64,000 bases of DNA from Patescibacteria group bacterium (GCA_049322215.1 JBMORU010000001.1:452023-516022); one strand, 5' to 3'. Counted from the stretch's first letter, positions 28,237 to 38,206 are shown. The notes: generated from the sequence alone by a model not told the origin. Made by a program: numbers and translations.

Positions 28237-29313
28237 ATGATTAATGAAAAAAGATTACTTAATACATTCTTAAAAATAGTAAGCATTGATAGCCCATCTG
28301 GGTTTGAGCAGGGTATGGTTGCTTATGTAAGTGATTATTTAAATTCATTAAAATACAAGATTCAAATCGATTCTTATGGAAATTTGATTTGCAAAATTCC
28401 AGGAGAAAAAAATTCTACCCTTTTACTTACAGCTCATTTAGATACCGTTGAGCCCGGATGCGGAATAATTCCACTAGTAGAAGACGGCGTTGTAAAAAGT
28501 GTAGGTAATACTATTTTAGGTGCAGATAACAAAGTTGGTGTGGCTTGCTTACTAGAGGTAGCCCATACAATAAGCGAAAACAATATTGAGCATCCCAGCC
28601 TAGAACTTGTTTTTACCTTGTCTGAAGAGGTTGGAAACTACGGTGCCTTAAACCTAAATTACTCTTTACTAACTGCAAAAGAAGGTTTTTCATTTGATGG
28701 TAGTGACACATTTGGTGCTATCACAGTAGCTTCTCCTTTTTATAACAGGTTTGATATTTCTTTAGAAGGTACTGCAAGTCATGCAGGTAAACCCGAGGGA
28801 GCTAATAATGTAATTATGCCATTATTAAATGTCCTTAATTCTATTAACTTAGGTAGGATAACAGACAACACGCTATGTAACATAGGTGTTGTAGCCTTAG
28901 GTACTACTCGAAACACTGTTCCAGGTAAAGTTGAAGTAAAGGGTGAGGTTAGAAGTTATACAGAAGCTGAGTTAAATAAATATACAGATTTAATAGTTGG
29001 CTATTTTCAAAGTAGTGCTCAAAAGTTTAATGCTACTGTTAGTTGTGATGTGGTTAGAGAAAATGGTGGGTTTAAACTTTCGGAATCAGACAGACTACTA
29101 AGTAAAGGAGTTGCAACTCTTGAAAAACTCAACATAAAACCAATATTACATGAGTCTACAGGATGTTATGATGCGAATATATTTTTCGACCATGGAATTA
29201 AAGTATTAAATTTTAGTAACGGTTCAAAAAATAATCACACAATTGAAGAAGAAGTTTCGGTTGAAAACTTAAGCTTAACTGCTAAACTTGCATTCAATCT
29301 TGTGTTATCTTAG
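28237..29313 (+). CDS. M20-family peptidase, peptidase T (tripeptidase)-like
   Basis: LLTAHLDTVEP (His ligand), GADNKVGVA (Asp ligand, PepT-type), EEVGNYGA, TASHAG. Confidence 0.7.
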   Translation: MINEKRLLNTFLKIVSIDSPSGFEQGMVAYVSDYLNSLKYKIQIDSYGNLICKIPGEKNSTLLLTAHLDTVEPGCGIIPLVEDGVVKSVGNTILGADNKVGVACLLEVAHTISENNIEHPSLELVFTLSEEVGNYGALNLNYSLLTAKEGFSFDGSDTFGAITVASPFYNRFDISLEGTASHAGKPEGANNVIMPLLNVLNSINLGRITDNTLCNIGVVALGTTRNTVPGKVEVKGEVRSYTEAELNKYTDLIVGYFQSSAQKFNATVSCDVVRENGGFKLSESDRLLSKGVATLEKLNIKPILHESTGCYDANIFFDHGIKVLNFSNGSKNNHTIEEEVSVENLSLTAKLAFNLVLS

Positions 29314-29321
29314 AAAAAGTT

Positions 29322-31529
29322 ATGGCTACACTTAAAGAATTACGCGAAGTTCGTTTGCAAAAACTAAAAAAATTAAAAGAACTTGGTATTGATCCTTACC
29401 CAGCACGCGTGGAACGCGATACTGAAATTAATACCATACTTACAAAATTTGATTCTTTAGAAGGACAAACAGTTGCAGTTGCAGGTCGTATAAAAGCCAT
29501 GCGTGAACACGGTAAACTAGCTTTTATTGATCTAAAAGATGCTAGTGGCGTAATTCAACTTTATATTAAAGAAGAAAATTTAATAACGGCCAATTATTCA
29601 TTAAGCCAACTTAAGTTTGAAAATTTAGAATTACTTGATATGGGCGACTTTATAGAAGCAAAAGGTGTTGTTACAAAAACTCAAAGAGGTGAGCTTTCTA
29701 TAGAAGTGACTGCTTTGCGTTTATTAACTAAGGCATTACGCCCTTTGGCAGACAAGTGGGAAGGTTTAAAAGACAAAGAAACCAGGTTAAGACGTCGCTA
29801 CATTGATACAAATGTTAATCAAGAGGTTTTTGATCGCTTTGTTAGGCGCGCAAAATTTTGGGAAGCCCAGAGAGAATTTTTAAATGGTCACGGATTTTTG
29901 GAAATTAATGTTCCTGTTTTAGAACACATTCCCGGTGGAGCTGATGCTACACCTTTTGTTACTCATATGGATGCTATTGATCAGGATTTCTTTTTACGAA
30001 TTTCTCATGAGCTTCAATTAAAAAGACTAATTGGTGGAGGTTATGAAAAAGTTTATGAAATAGGTCCTCGTTTTAGAAATGAGGGATTATCGGACGAACA
30101 TTTACCAGAACACATCGCTATGGAGTTTTATTGGGCATATGCCGATTGGGAACAAGGCATGCAATTTGTTGAAGATATGTTTAAGTACGTAATTGATAAG
30201 GTTTACCATAAAGATGTCTTTGAAATTCGAGGTTTCTCCGTAGACTTTTCAAAAAAGTGGGAAAGAATTGATTTTGCTGAAATAATGAAAAAGCACTATG
30301 GAATAAATGTTTACAGTACAAGTGTTGAAGAAGTGTCAGTAGTATTAAAAAAACACAATATAAAAATAGAATTTGATATGAATGTGGCCCGTGGCATTGA
30401 CTATTTGTGGAAAAATTTACGCAAAGATATTGCAGGTCCTGCATTTTTAATTAATCATCCAAAATTTTTATCTCCTTTGTCTAAATCTAAAGTAGAAAAT
30501 CCAAAAATCACCGAAAGATGTCAGCCTATTATTGCAGGATCTGAGTTGGGAAATGGTTGGTCTGAGTTGAATGACCCATTAGATCAGCTAGATAGATTTA
30601 CAGCACAACAAAAGCTACGCGAAATGGGGGATGCTGAGGCGCAATGGCTAGATATCGACTATATTGAAATGCTTGAATATGGCATGCCTCCTACTTTTGG
30701 GTGGGGACATAGCGAACGCGTATTTTGGTTTTTAGAAGATGTAACCGCACGTGAGGGTGTTCCTTTTCCACAATTAAAATTTGAGCTAGATGAAGTTACG
30801 CGTGAAATATATGGTGATGCTCTGCTTGCTGCTTCTCAATACAAAGAAAGCGAGGAAAAAGAGTTTTTAGGTTCAACAGTTGAAAAAAAAGTGACAGCTC
30901 CTAAAGATTTAGAACCAGTTGCCGAAGGAAGTTTACCCCTAACGGTAGACTCCGCTAAAGATTTATTAACCACAAATATGGAAAATGTTAATTTGCAAAG
31001 ACACTGTTTAGCTGTAGGGTATACCTTGCAAGCCCTTAGACGTTACTATGTAGAAAATGGCAGAGAGCATGAAGTAGGGAACTTAACCGAAGACGCTTGG
31101 CAAATAGTTGGTGTTTTACACGATGCAGACTGGGAAAAAACTTCTGAAGCACCTGAGTTACACACATTAATGCTTTTAAACTGGTTAAAAGCTTATGAAG
31201 TTTACGAGGAAATTTTAAATGTATTTAGGTCTCACAATAACAAAGTAACTCAGCTTCGAGAACCTGAAACATTGTTGGAGTGGTCACTAGAATGCTGTGA
31301 TGAGTTAACAGGCTTTATTGCTGCCGTTACATTAGTAAGACCATCAAGGCAAATATCAGACGTTAAAGTAAGTAGTGTTAAAAAGAAGTTTAAAACAAAA
31401 GAGTTTGCACGGGCTGTTCATAGAGAGCAAATTTCACAGTGCGAAGAAAAACTTGGAATTTCTTTAGACACATTTATTGAAATTACTTTAAATGCTATGA
31501 AAGAGCACGCTGAGGAGTTAGGTTTATGA
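29322..31529 (+). CDS. lysS: lysyl-tRNA synthetase (class II) with about 230-aa C-terminal HD-domain-like extension
   Basis: N-terminal MATLKELREVRLQKLKKLKELGIDPYP, OB anticodon-binding domain, class II motifs (FLEINVPVLE, PRFRNEG, GWGHSERVF). The tail from about residue 500 carries H...HDADWEK (HD motif). 735 aa versus about 500 typical. Confidence 0.8.
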   Translation: MATLKELREVRLQKLKKLKELGIDPYPARVERDTEINTILTKFDSLEGQTVAVAGRIKAMREHGKLAFIDLKDASGVIQLYIKEENLITANYSLSQLKFENLELLDMGDFIEAKGVVTKTQRGELSIEVTALRLLTKALRPLADKWEGLKDKETRLRRRYIDTNVNQEVFDRFVRRAKFWEAQREFLNGHGFLEINVPVLEHIPGGADATPFVTHMDAIDQDFFLRISHELQLKRLIGGGYEKVYEIGPRFRNEGLSDEHLPEHIAMEFYWAYADWEQGMQFVEDMFKYVIDKVYHKDVFEIRGFSVDFSKKWERIDFAEIMKKHYGINVYSTSVEEVSVVLKKHNIKIEFDMNVARGIDYLWKNLRKDIAGPAFLINHPKFLSPLSKSKVENPKITERCQPIIAGSELGNGWSELNDPLDQLDRFTAQQKLREMGDAEAQWLDIDYIEMLEYGMPPTFGWGHSERVFWFLEDVTAREGVPFPQLKFELDEVTREIYGDALLAASQYKESEEKEFLGSTVEKKVTAPKDLEPVAEGSLPLTVDSAKDLLTTNMENVNLQRHCLAVGYTLQALRRYYVENGREHEVGNLTEDAWQIVGVLHDADWEKTSEAPELHTLMLLNWLKAYEVYEEILNVFRSHNNKVTQLREPETLLEWSLECCDELTGFIAAVTLVRPSRQISDVKVSSVKKKFKTKEFARAVHREQISQCEEKLGISLDTFIEITLNAMKEHAEELGL

Positions 31530-31572
31530 AGTCCGCGCACTTTCGTATGGGGTTTTAAGATTAATTGCTATA

Positions 31573-31625
31573 AAAAAAGTAGGTAAAGAAATTACATAAG
31601 AGCGTAACTTCTTTACCTAAAAAAT
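31573..31625. terminator. bidirectional terminator (aggtaaagaa-18 nt-ttctttacct flanked by A7/A6)
   Basis: Perfect 10-bp stem between the convergent lysS and 31630-31869 ORFs. Confidence 0.7.
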
Positions 31626-31629
31626 TTAG

Positions 31630-31869
31630 TTAACTAACCAGTGCTGCCAAGCGGTGTTTTACCGTAGAGGCGCGTGATTCTAAATGCCAGTCGCTGCGTA
31701 GACCAATGACTGTGGTGCATTGCGCACGCGTTTGATTGCATCCTTTTTCTGGGCTTACTCGCACCCAACGGCCATTTACAAAAAACTTGCCAGTTTCAGG
31801 GCACTTAATACCGTATTTGCCTCCTCTTTTTACCAAATGAACAATCGTCCTTCCGTTGTTGTTTTCCAC
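31630..31869 (-). CDS. small hypothetical protein (79 aa), Cys-containing, high GC for this genome
   Basis: Reverse-strand RBS aaAAGGAGataaaATG. Protein MENNNGRTIVHLVKRGGKYGIKCPETGKFFVNGRWV... Confidence 0.45.
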   Translation of the reverse strand: MENNNGRTIVHLVKRGGKYGIKCPETGKFFVNGRWVRVSPEKGCNQTRAQCTTVIGLRSDWHLESRASTVKHRLAALVS

Positions 31870-31939
31870 ATTTATCTCCTTTTCTATGGGTTTTAGATTT
31901 GTGCAGTATACATCATGATAATATTGACAATCAAGGGTA

Positions 31940-32112
31940 GTAACGCTATTTTAGTAGAAAGACAAAAAGCGCTGATAGAGGAAGTTTCCGCCTCTTGAGC
32001 TGCTAGGAGGAAATGCCTAGCCGGGAATGCCCGTGATAGCTGTAAATTAAGTTAAAAGTACCAGGTGGCACCGTCCACCATTAGGACCCTGGCAAATGGC
32101 CAGGTTTTTTTG
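31940..32112 (+). ncRNA. T-box riboswitch leader upstream of serS (T-box aaaagtaccaGGTGGcACCGtcc 32054-32076; terminator cctggc-aaatg-gccagg + T7 at 32088-32111)
   Basis: Good match to the AGGGTGGNACCG core, GC stem followed by ttttttt, and the first downstream gene is an aminoacyl-tRNA synthetase. Putative -35 TTGACA at 31923. Confidence 0.55.
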
Positions 32113-32144
32113 TATCTGGTAAGTGTAAATTTAGGAGTTTAAAA

Positions 32145-33458
32145 ATGTTAGATATTAAATATGTACGTGAAAACCCAGATGAGTTAAAAAAAGTTATTGA
32201 AGACCGCCAAATGGTTGGTAAGGCCAACGTTGATACTGTGCTAGAACTGGATGATTCATATCGGGCTTTGTTGTTTAAAGTTGAGACACACCGAAGCTTG
32301 CGCAATCAGTTATCTAAAGATATATCAAAAGTAAATACTGCTGAGCGTAATAAGTTAATAAAAGAAGCAGCTAAGGTAAAAGAAGAGCTTTTAAAAATGG
32401 AAGAAGAATTAAAAGAGCTTCAAGCTAATTTAGAACTAGAGTTAAAAAAACTTCCAAATACTGTTGCTGAAGATGTTCCCTTTGGCGTTGATGAGAACGA
32501 AAACAAAGTAATTAGAACTTGGGGAAAGTTGTCCGAATTTGACTTTGAACCTAAAGACCATGTGGATTTAGGTGAAGCTTTAGACTTAATTGACATAGAA
32601 TCATCAGCGCGTATTTCAGGAAGTCGTTTTAACTACCTAATGAATGAGGCTGTAATGCTTCAGTTTGGGATTATTCAAATGACTTTTGAAATTTTAACAA
32701 ACGAAGACATTATTGGTGAGCTCGCAGAAAAAGTAGGTAACCCGTTTACTAAGCCTTTTATACCTGTGTTGCCTCCTGTGTTCATAAAGTCCGATATTGC
32801 TCAAAAAATGGATAGGTTTGACCCAATAGAAGATCGTTACTTTTTTGAAAAGGACGACGCTTTATTGGTTGGTAGTGCAGAGCATACTTTAGGCCCATTA
32901 TACTTAGACGCGTTGCTTGAAGAGGATCAATTACCTATTCGTTTAGTGGGTTATTCTACCGCATTTCGTCGTGAAGCTGGATCTTACGGGAAAGATACAC
33001 GTGGAATTCTCAGAAGACACCAATTTGACAAAATTGAAATGGAAACGTTTACTATGCCTGAGCATGGTTTAGCAGAACAAAACTTAATAGTTGCAATTCA
33101 AGAATATTTGGTTCAGCAACTAAAAATTCCATATCAAGTAATGGCCATTTGTACAGGTGATATGGGTAAACCAGACTTTAGGCAAATAGACATTGAGTGT
33201 TGGATGCCCGGAGAAAATAAATATAGAGAGACGCATACCTCAGACTATATGACTGACTTTCAATCACGCAGACTAAATACCAGATATAAAGCTAAAAATG
33301 GAGAAAACTACTTTGTGCACATGAACGATGCAACAGCTTTTGCTATAGGTAGAATATTAATAGCTATATTAGAAAACAATCAACAAAAGGATGGAAGTGT
33401 GGTAATTCCTGAAGTTTTACACAAGTATGTTGGTAAAGAGGTTATTGGTAATAAATAA
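32145..33458 (+). CDS. serS: seryl-tRNA synthetase
   Basis: N-terminal MLDIKYVRENPDEL coiled-coil arm. Class II motifs FRREAGSYGKDTRGILRRHQFDKIE, ETHTSD. 437 aa. Confidence 0.9.
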   Translation: MLDIKYVRENPDELKKVIEDRQMVGKANVDTVLELDDSYRALLFKVETHRSLRNQLSKDISKVNTAERNKLIKEAAKVKEELLKMEEELKELQANLELELKKLPNTVAEDVPFGVDENENKVIRTWGKLSEFDFEPKDHVDLGEALDLIDIESSARISGSRFNYLMNEAVMLQFGIIQMTFEILTNEDIIGELAEKVGNPFTKPFIPVLPPVFIKSDIAQKMDRFDPIEDRYFFEKDDALLVGSAEHTLGPLYLDALLEEDQLPIRLVGYSTAFRREAGSYGKDTRGILRRHQFDKIEMETFTMPEHGLAEQNLIVAIQEYLVQQLKIPYQVMAICTGDMGKPDFRQIDIECWMPGENKYRETHTSDYMTDFQSRRLNTRYKAKNGENYFVHMNDATAFAIGRILIAILENNQQKDGSVVIPEVLHKYVGKEVIGNK

Positions 33459-33482
33459 TGTTTTAGGCTAAAATCTTAATTA

Positions 33483-34172
33483 ATGTCTATATTCGCGGGA
33501 GTAGAAATGCCACGTGTTATACATCAAACTTCGTCGGAGTTTAATGGCAACATTGAGGTGGTAGAGAAAAATAACGTAAGAAAAATTTTTGTAGACGGAC
33601 ATTTACAGTCCGTCAGTGCAAACTCCCAAAATATAGAAAGGATGGTTTGGGGTAAAATTGCAAAGCTTATAAAAAGCGAAAATCCTGATATGCGCAGAGC
33701 TATGATATTAGGTTTGGGCGGAGGCACACTTCAGTGGCTATTAGCAACCAACTTTCCTCACTGTCATATGACTTCCGTGGAAATTGACCCTGTAATGGTA
33801 GATGTAGCTAAAAACTTTTTTGCTATAGAGCAGTTACAAAATCACAAAATAATTTTAGATGATGCCTGTCGTGTAATTGCTTCTCCGGAAGAATTTCAAA
33901 TAGCCCAGCATTCTTATGACACGTTGGTAGTAGATATTTTTCAGGGCGAAAGATACCCGGATTTAGGTACCTCTGGTACTTTTTTGTCAGGAATAAAAAA
34001 TGTGGTTGTTCCCGGCGGTTTAGTTATTTTCACTAGATTATATTTAGACGATCATCAGCATGACACTAATATGTTTATAGAAACAGTCGAAATGTACTTC
34101 AGCAATATTCAATCTTTAGTTGTTGCCGGTAAAACAAACTCAGATCATGCTTTAATATTTGGTCGTGCATAA
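33483..34172 (+). CDS. spermidine-synthase-like / class I methyltransferase-fold protein
   Basis: ILGLGGGTLQWLLATNFPHCHMTSVEIDPVMVDVAKNFF resembles the PABS/SAM-binding region. 229 aa. Confidence 0.45.
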   Translation: MSIFAGVEMPRVIHQTSSEFNGNIEVVEKNNVRKIFVDGHLQSVSANSQNIERMVWGKIAKLIKSENPDMRRAMILGLGGGTLQWLLATNFPHCHMTSVEIDPVMVDVAKNFFAIEQLQNHKIILDDACRVIASPEEFQIAQHSYDTLVVDIFQGERYPDLGTSGTFLSGIKNVVVPGGLVIFTRLYLDDHQHDTNMFIETVEMYFSNIQSLVVAGKTNSDHALIFGRA

Positions 34173-34179
34173 TACTTTT

Positions 34180-35004
34180 ATGTCATTATTACAAGCATTA
34201 TTGCTAGGGTTGATTCAAGGAATTACTGAGTTCGTTCCGGTTTCTTCTTCGGGACATTTGGTTATTGTTCCGCAATTAATAGATATAACAGTGCAGTCTT
34301 TGGTTTTTGATCTAATTTTGCATGTGGGAACTGTTTTTGCATTGTTAGTTTATTTTTGGAAAGATGTTTTTTCTATAACTCTTTCACTTTTTAAAGATTT
34401 AATTTCAAGAGGGGTTAAATTTTCTCAATACAGCAAAATGGGGAAATTAGGATTATATGTTGCAGTAAGCTTTATTCCTGCAGCAGTTTTTGGGTTTTTT
34501 CTTGACTCTTTAATTGAATCTACATTTAGAAGTGTATTTTCGGTGGCAGTAATTTTACTTATTGGAACAGTATTTATGTTATTGGCTGATTTACGCTATA
34601 AAGAAGGGCAAAACAAAGATTTTAGTTTAGTACCTTGCTTGACCATAGGTTTTGCGCAGGTTTTAGCCCTGTTCCCAGGCTTTTCGCGTTCGGGGGCTAC
34701 TATTTCTGCAGGTATATTATTGGGCTTAAGTAGAGTTCAAGCAGCAAGGTTTTCTTTTTTAATGTCAATTCCCGTAATTTTAGGAGCGGCGGCATATAAG
34801 TTAATAAGTCTTCCTTCGTATAGTGAAGTACTAACTTTACCTACATTTGCTGGTTTTGCTTCTAGTTTTGTAGTAGGTATATTAGCTATTCAATTCATGC
34901 TTAAATATTTAGGTAAGCGAAGCTTGAGGTTGTTTATTATATATAGGTTTTTGTTGTTTATATTTTTATTTTTTTATTTTTTGTTATTTATACAAGTCCC
35001 ATAG
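34180..35004 (+). CDS. uppP: undecaprenyl-diphosphatase (BacA/UppP)
   Basis: MSLLQALLLGLIQGITEFVPVSSSGHLVI...FSRSGATISAG...polytopic. Start at the in-frame ATG 34180 preferred over 34159. Confidence 0.85.
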   Translation: MSLLQALLLGLIQGITEFVPVSSSGHLVIVPQLIDITVQSLVFDLILHVGTVFALLVYFWKDVFSITLSLFKDLISRGVKFSQYSKMGKLGLYVAVSFIPAAVFGFFLDSLIESTFRSVFSVAVILLIGTVFMLLADLRYKEGQNKDFSLVPCLTIGFAQVLALFPGFSRSGATISAGILLGLSRVQAARFSFLMSIPVILGAAAYKLISLPSYSEVLTLPTFAGFASSFVVGILAIQFMLKYLGKRSLRLFIIYRFLLFIFLFFYFLLFIQVP

Positions 35005-35036
35005 ATTTTGGGCAGTAGTGTTATAATCACTGCGCT

Positions 35037-37595
35037 ATGTTTTTGAAGAAATTTTTTGACTCAAACGAAAGACAATTACAAAAGCTTCAACCCATTTTGA
35101 ATGAAGTAAATGCCCTAGAAGATAAATTTTCTAATTTTTCTGAAAGTGAAATAAAATCCAAAACTAATCAATGGAAAAAAGATTTATCTAATTTGCCTTA
35201 TGAAGAACACTCCGCATATTTAAATAAAATATTACCTGAAGCGTTTGCATTAGTACGAGAAGCTGCAAAAAGAACTGTAGAAATGCGACCTTATGATGTT
35301 CAAATTTTAGCTGGAATTGTATTGCATCAAGGTAAAATTGCAGAACAAAAGACAGGTGAAGGTAAAACTTTAACTGCTACGCTTCCTTTATATCTTAACT
35401 CTTTAACTGGAAGAGGTGCTCACTTAGTAACACCTAATGATTACTTGTCTCGGCATGGTGCTGGTTGGATGGGCAAGTTGTACACCTACCTAGGAATAAC
35501 TGTTGGTGCTGTTATTCAAGAAAGAGCATTTGTATATGATTTAGAATACGAAGGCAGTGAGTTTCAAGACGAATATACTGTTCATTTAAAAGAGGTTTCA
35601 AGAGCAGATGCGTATAAATGTGATATCACATATGGAACAAACCACGAGTTTGGGTTTGATTACTTAAGAGACAATATGTCTCGCAGTTTAGACAGACTAG
35701 TTCAAACTAATCCTAATGGGGAATTTGGAATTCACACTTTTGCAATTGTAGACGAAGTAGATTCTATTTTAATTGATGTAGCCAGAACTCCGCTAATTAT
35801 TTCTACATCAGCCCAACAACCTACCGACCGCTATCATGATGCATCTAAAGTTGTCAAAAATCTTATTAAAGACACCGATTATGAAGTTGAGGAAAAATTT
35901 AGAAGTTCTTCTTTAACAGATTTAGGTATTCGCAAAGTAGAAAAGATGCTTGGTATTTCTAACTTGTATGAGCAAGACTTTGAAATGGTTCATTTAATTG
36001 AGCAAGCACTGACAGCACATACTTTGTACGAAAAAGACAAAGACTATATAGTAAAAAATGATCAAGTAATTATTGTAGATCAATTCACTGGTCGTTTGCT
36101 TCCAAGTAATAGATATTCCCAAGGGTTACATCAGGCAATAGAAGCCAAAGAAAACGTAACTATTCAGCAAGAATCGCGTACTATAGCTGAAATTTCTTAT
36201 CAAAATTATTTCAGATTGTACGGCAAGTTAGCAGGTATGACCGGTACTGCCATTACTGAAGCCGAAGAATTTTACAAAATATATGGTTTAGACGTTGTTG
36301 TAATGCCAACAAATAAACCTGTAAAACGTACTGATCACAATGACGTTATTTACAAAACCGAGTCTGCCAAATTTAGAGCAGTAGCAGAAGAAATTGTAGA
36401 AAGGCACAAAAAGGGTCAGCCAGTATTGGTTGGTACTACTTCTGTAGAAAAAAGCCAAATGCTTCATGAACTTTTAAAGAGGCGTGGGGTTTCTCACGAA
36501 ATTTTAAATGCTAAAAATCACGAAAGAGAAGCTATGATAATTTCACAAGCTGGTAAAAAGGGTTCGGTTACGGTTTCTACGAATATGGCAGGTAGAGGTG
36601 TTGACATTATTTTAGGGGGAGATCCCTCAACGGCTGAAGAACAAAGTGAAGTTAAAAAACTAGGGGGACTTCATGTAATAGGTACTGAAAGACATGATTC
36701 CCGCCGTATTGACAATCAATTGCGCGGACGTTCAGGTCGTCAAGGAGATCCAGGGTCTTCCAGATTTTATGTTTCACTTCAAGATGATTTAATGCGAATT
36801 TTTGGTGGCGCTCAAGTAGAAAGCTTAATGAATAGGTTTGGCCTTGAGGAAAATGTTCCACTTGAAGCAAAAATTGTTAGCCGTGCTATAGAAAATGCGC
36901 AAAAAAAGGTAGAAGGATTTAACTTTGATGCACGAAAGCGTGTGGTAGAAGAAGATGACGTTATAAATACACACCGTAGTGTAATTTACAAATTAAGACG
37001 AAAAATTTTAGAGGGTATGGCGGGTTCTGAAGAGTTTACTGATTGGTTTTTAGATCAACTTGATAAGTATGCTGACACCGAAATTGAATTTGAAGACAAT
37101 TGGGAAAAATTTGAAAACAAAATAGGTGTGAAAAATTGGCTACAAGTAGTAGGGCAACTGAGTTTGCCGGTTATTGATACCTTATGGATGGAACACCTAG
37201 TGGATATGGATTACTTAAAAGATGGCAGCAAACTAAAAGGTTATGCACAGCGAGACCCAATAGTTGAGTATAAAAGAGAAGGTCATGAGCGTTTTGAAAT
37301 ACTTGTGAGAAAGATTTACAGCATTATTGCTGAGCGAATTTCAAATATAAAAGATACTGAAGAGGCAAATGCACGTGAAAGTACAGAACTCACCGAAGAG
37401 CGTAATTTATCATACAAACGTGGAAACTTAGAATCGGGAGTCGCTCAAGAAACTGCAGAAACTAAGCTTGCAAATCGTGTAGCTCCCGTTACTTCGAGTA
37501 AAGATAAAGTGGGTAGAAATGATCCTTGCCCTTGCGGTAGTGGGTTAAAGTATAAAAAATGCGGAATGATTAATGCTCCTGAGCATAAGGGTTAG
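35037..37595 (+). CDS. secA: preprotein translocase ATPase SecA
   Basis: MFLKKFFDSNERQLQKLQ, Walker A EQKTGEGKTLTATLP, DEVDSILIDVARTPLIIS, C-terminal zinc finger GRNDPCPCGSGLKYKKCG. 852 aa. Confidence 0.95.
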   Translation: MFLKKFFDSNERQLQKLQPILNEVNALEDKFSNFSESEIKSKTNQWKKDLSNLPYEEHSAYLNKILPEAFALVREAAKRTVEMRPYDVQILAGIVLHQGKIAEQKTGEGKTLTATLPLYLNSLTGRGAHLVTPNDYLSRHGAGWMGKLYTYLGITVGAVIQERAFVYDLEYEGSEFQDEYTVHLKEVSRADAYKCDITYGTNHEFGFDYLRDNMSRSLDRLVQTNPNGEFGIHTFAIVDEVDSILIDVARTPLIISTSAQQPTDRYHDASKVVKNLIKDTDYEVEEKFRSSSLTDLGIRKVEKMLGISNLYEQDFEMVHLIEQALTAHTLYEKDKDYIVKNDQVIIVDQFTGRLLPSNRYSQGLHQAIEAKENVTIQQESRTIAEISYQNYFRLYGKLAGMTGTAITEAEEFYKIYGLDVVVMPTNKPVKRTDHNDVIYKTESAKFRAVAEEIVERHKKGQPVLVGTTSVEKSQMLHELLKRRGVSHEILNAKNHEREAMIISQAGKKGSVTVSTNMAGRGVDIILGGDPSTAEEQSEVKKLGGLHVIGTERHDSRRIDNQLRGRSGRQGDPGSSRFYVSLQDDLMRIFGGAQVESLMNRFGLEENVPLEAKIVSRAIENAQKKVEGFNFDARKRVVEEDDVINTHRSVIYKLRRKILEGMAGSEEFTDWFLDQLDKYADTEIEFEDNWEKFENKIGVKNWLQVVGQLSLPVIDTLWMEHLVDMDYLKDGSKLKGYAQRDPIVEYKREGHERFEILVRKIYSIIAERISNIKDTEEANARESTELTEERNLSYKRGNLESGVAQETAETKLANRVAPVTSSKDKVGRNDPCPCGSGLKYKKCGMINAPEHKG

Positions 37596-37706
37596 TTTGC
37601 AATACGAACTTGGTTTAGTCCTATAACTTTTAAATTCCTCGTTTACCTAATATAATACTCAAAATTAGTAAAACACTAAAAACAAAGTCAGAAGGAGATT
37701 TAGACA

Positions 37707-38099
37707 ATGGATAATGTGAGTCAGCGTACAATGTTGCGCAGCGCAAAGAAAAAGTCTGGTGATTTTACTCAAAAGGATTTAGCACAATTCGTGAGAGAAC
37801 GTGCCCAGCCAGATGCCCAAGTTACCGTTTTGAAAGAAAACAAATGGGTTAAAGTTGGTAACTGGTGGTTAAAGCTAGTTAGTCAGGCTAGTAATATGGA
37901 TGACGCCTGGATTACTGTTATTGTGCGTCCCAACACTCCCTACATGAACTGGGTTCGCCACCTCAACATTCATGAGAATGGAATGGAAACACTAACTGTA
38001 TTATGGTGGTATGAAATTGGTAAGACCGGGCTTTTATTAGACATTTGGTATGTTGGCGATGGTAGTGAGGGCGTTGCCTTGGTTGTTCCAGCAAAGTAA
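37707..38099 (+). CDS. hypothetical protein (130 aa)
   Basis: RBS GAAGGAG and a -10 TATAAT upstream. Trp-rich. No motif recognised. Confidence 0.5.
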   Translation: MDNVSQRTMLRSAKKKSGDFTQKDLAQFVRERAQPDAQVTVLKENKWVKVGNWWLKLVSQASNMDDAWITVIVRPNTPYMNWVRHLNIHENGMETLTVLWWYEIGKTGLLLDIWYVGDGSEGVALVVPAK

Positions 38100-38206
38100 A
38101 GAGTTTTATTTATAGGGTGCTGCTGTAGTTATTTTAAACGTCAGTAGCATCTATTTTTTTCGTTTCAATAGAGGTGGCGTTTAAAACTAGCTATAATGAT
38201 TGCTAG

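Noticed and set aside
32081-32305. 74-aa reverse ORF over the serS start and leader
   Set aside because: It is antisense to a well-supported serS N-terminus and to the T-box leader, and has no RBS.
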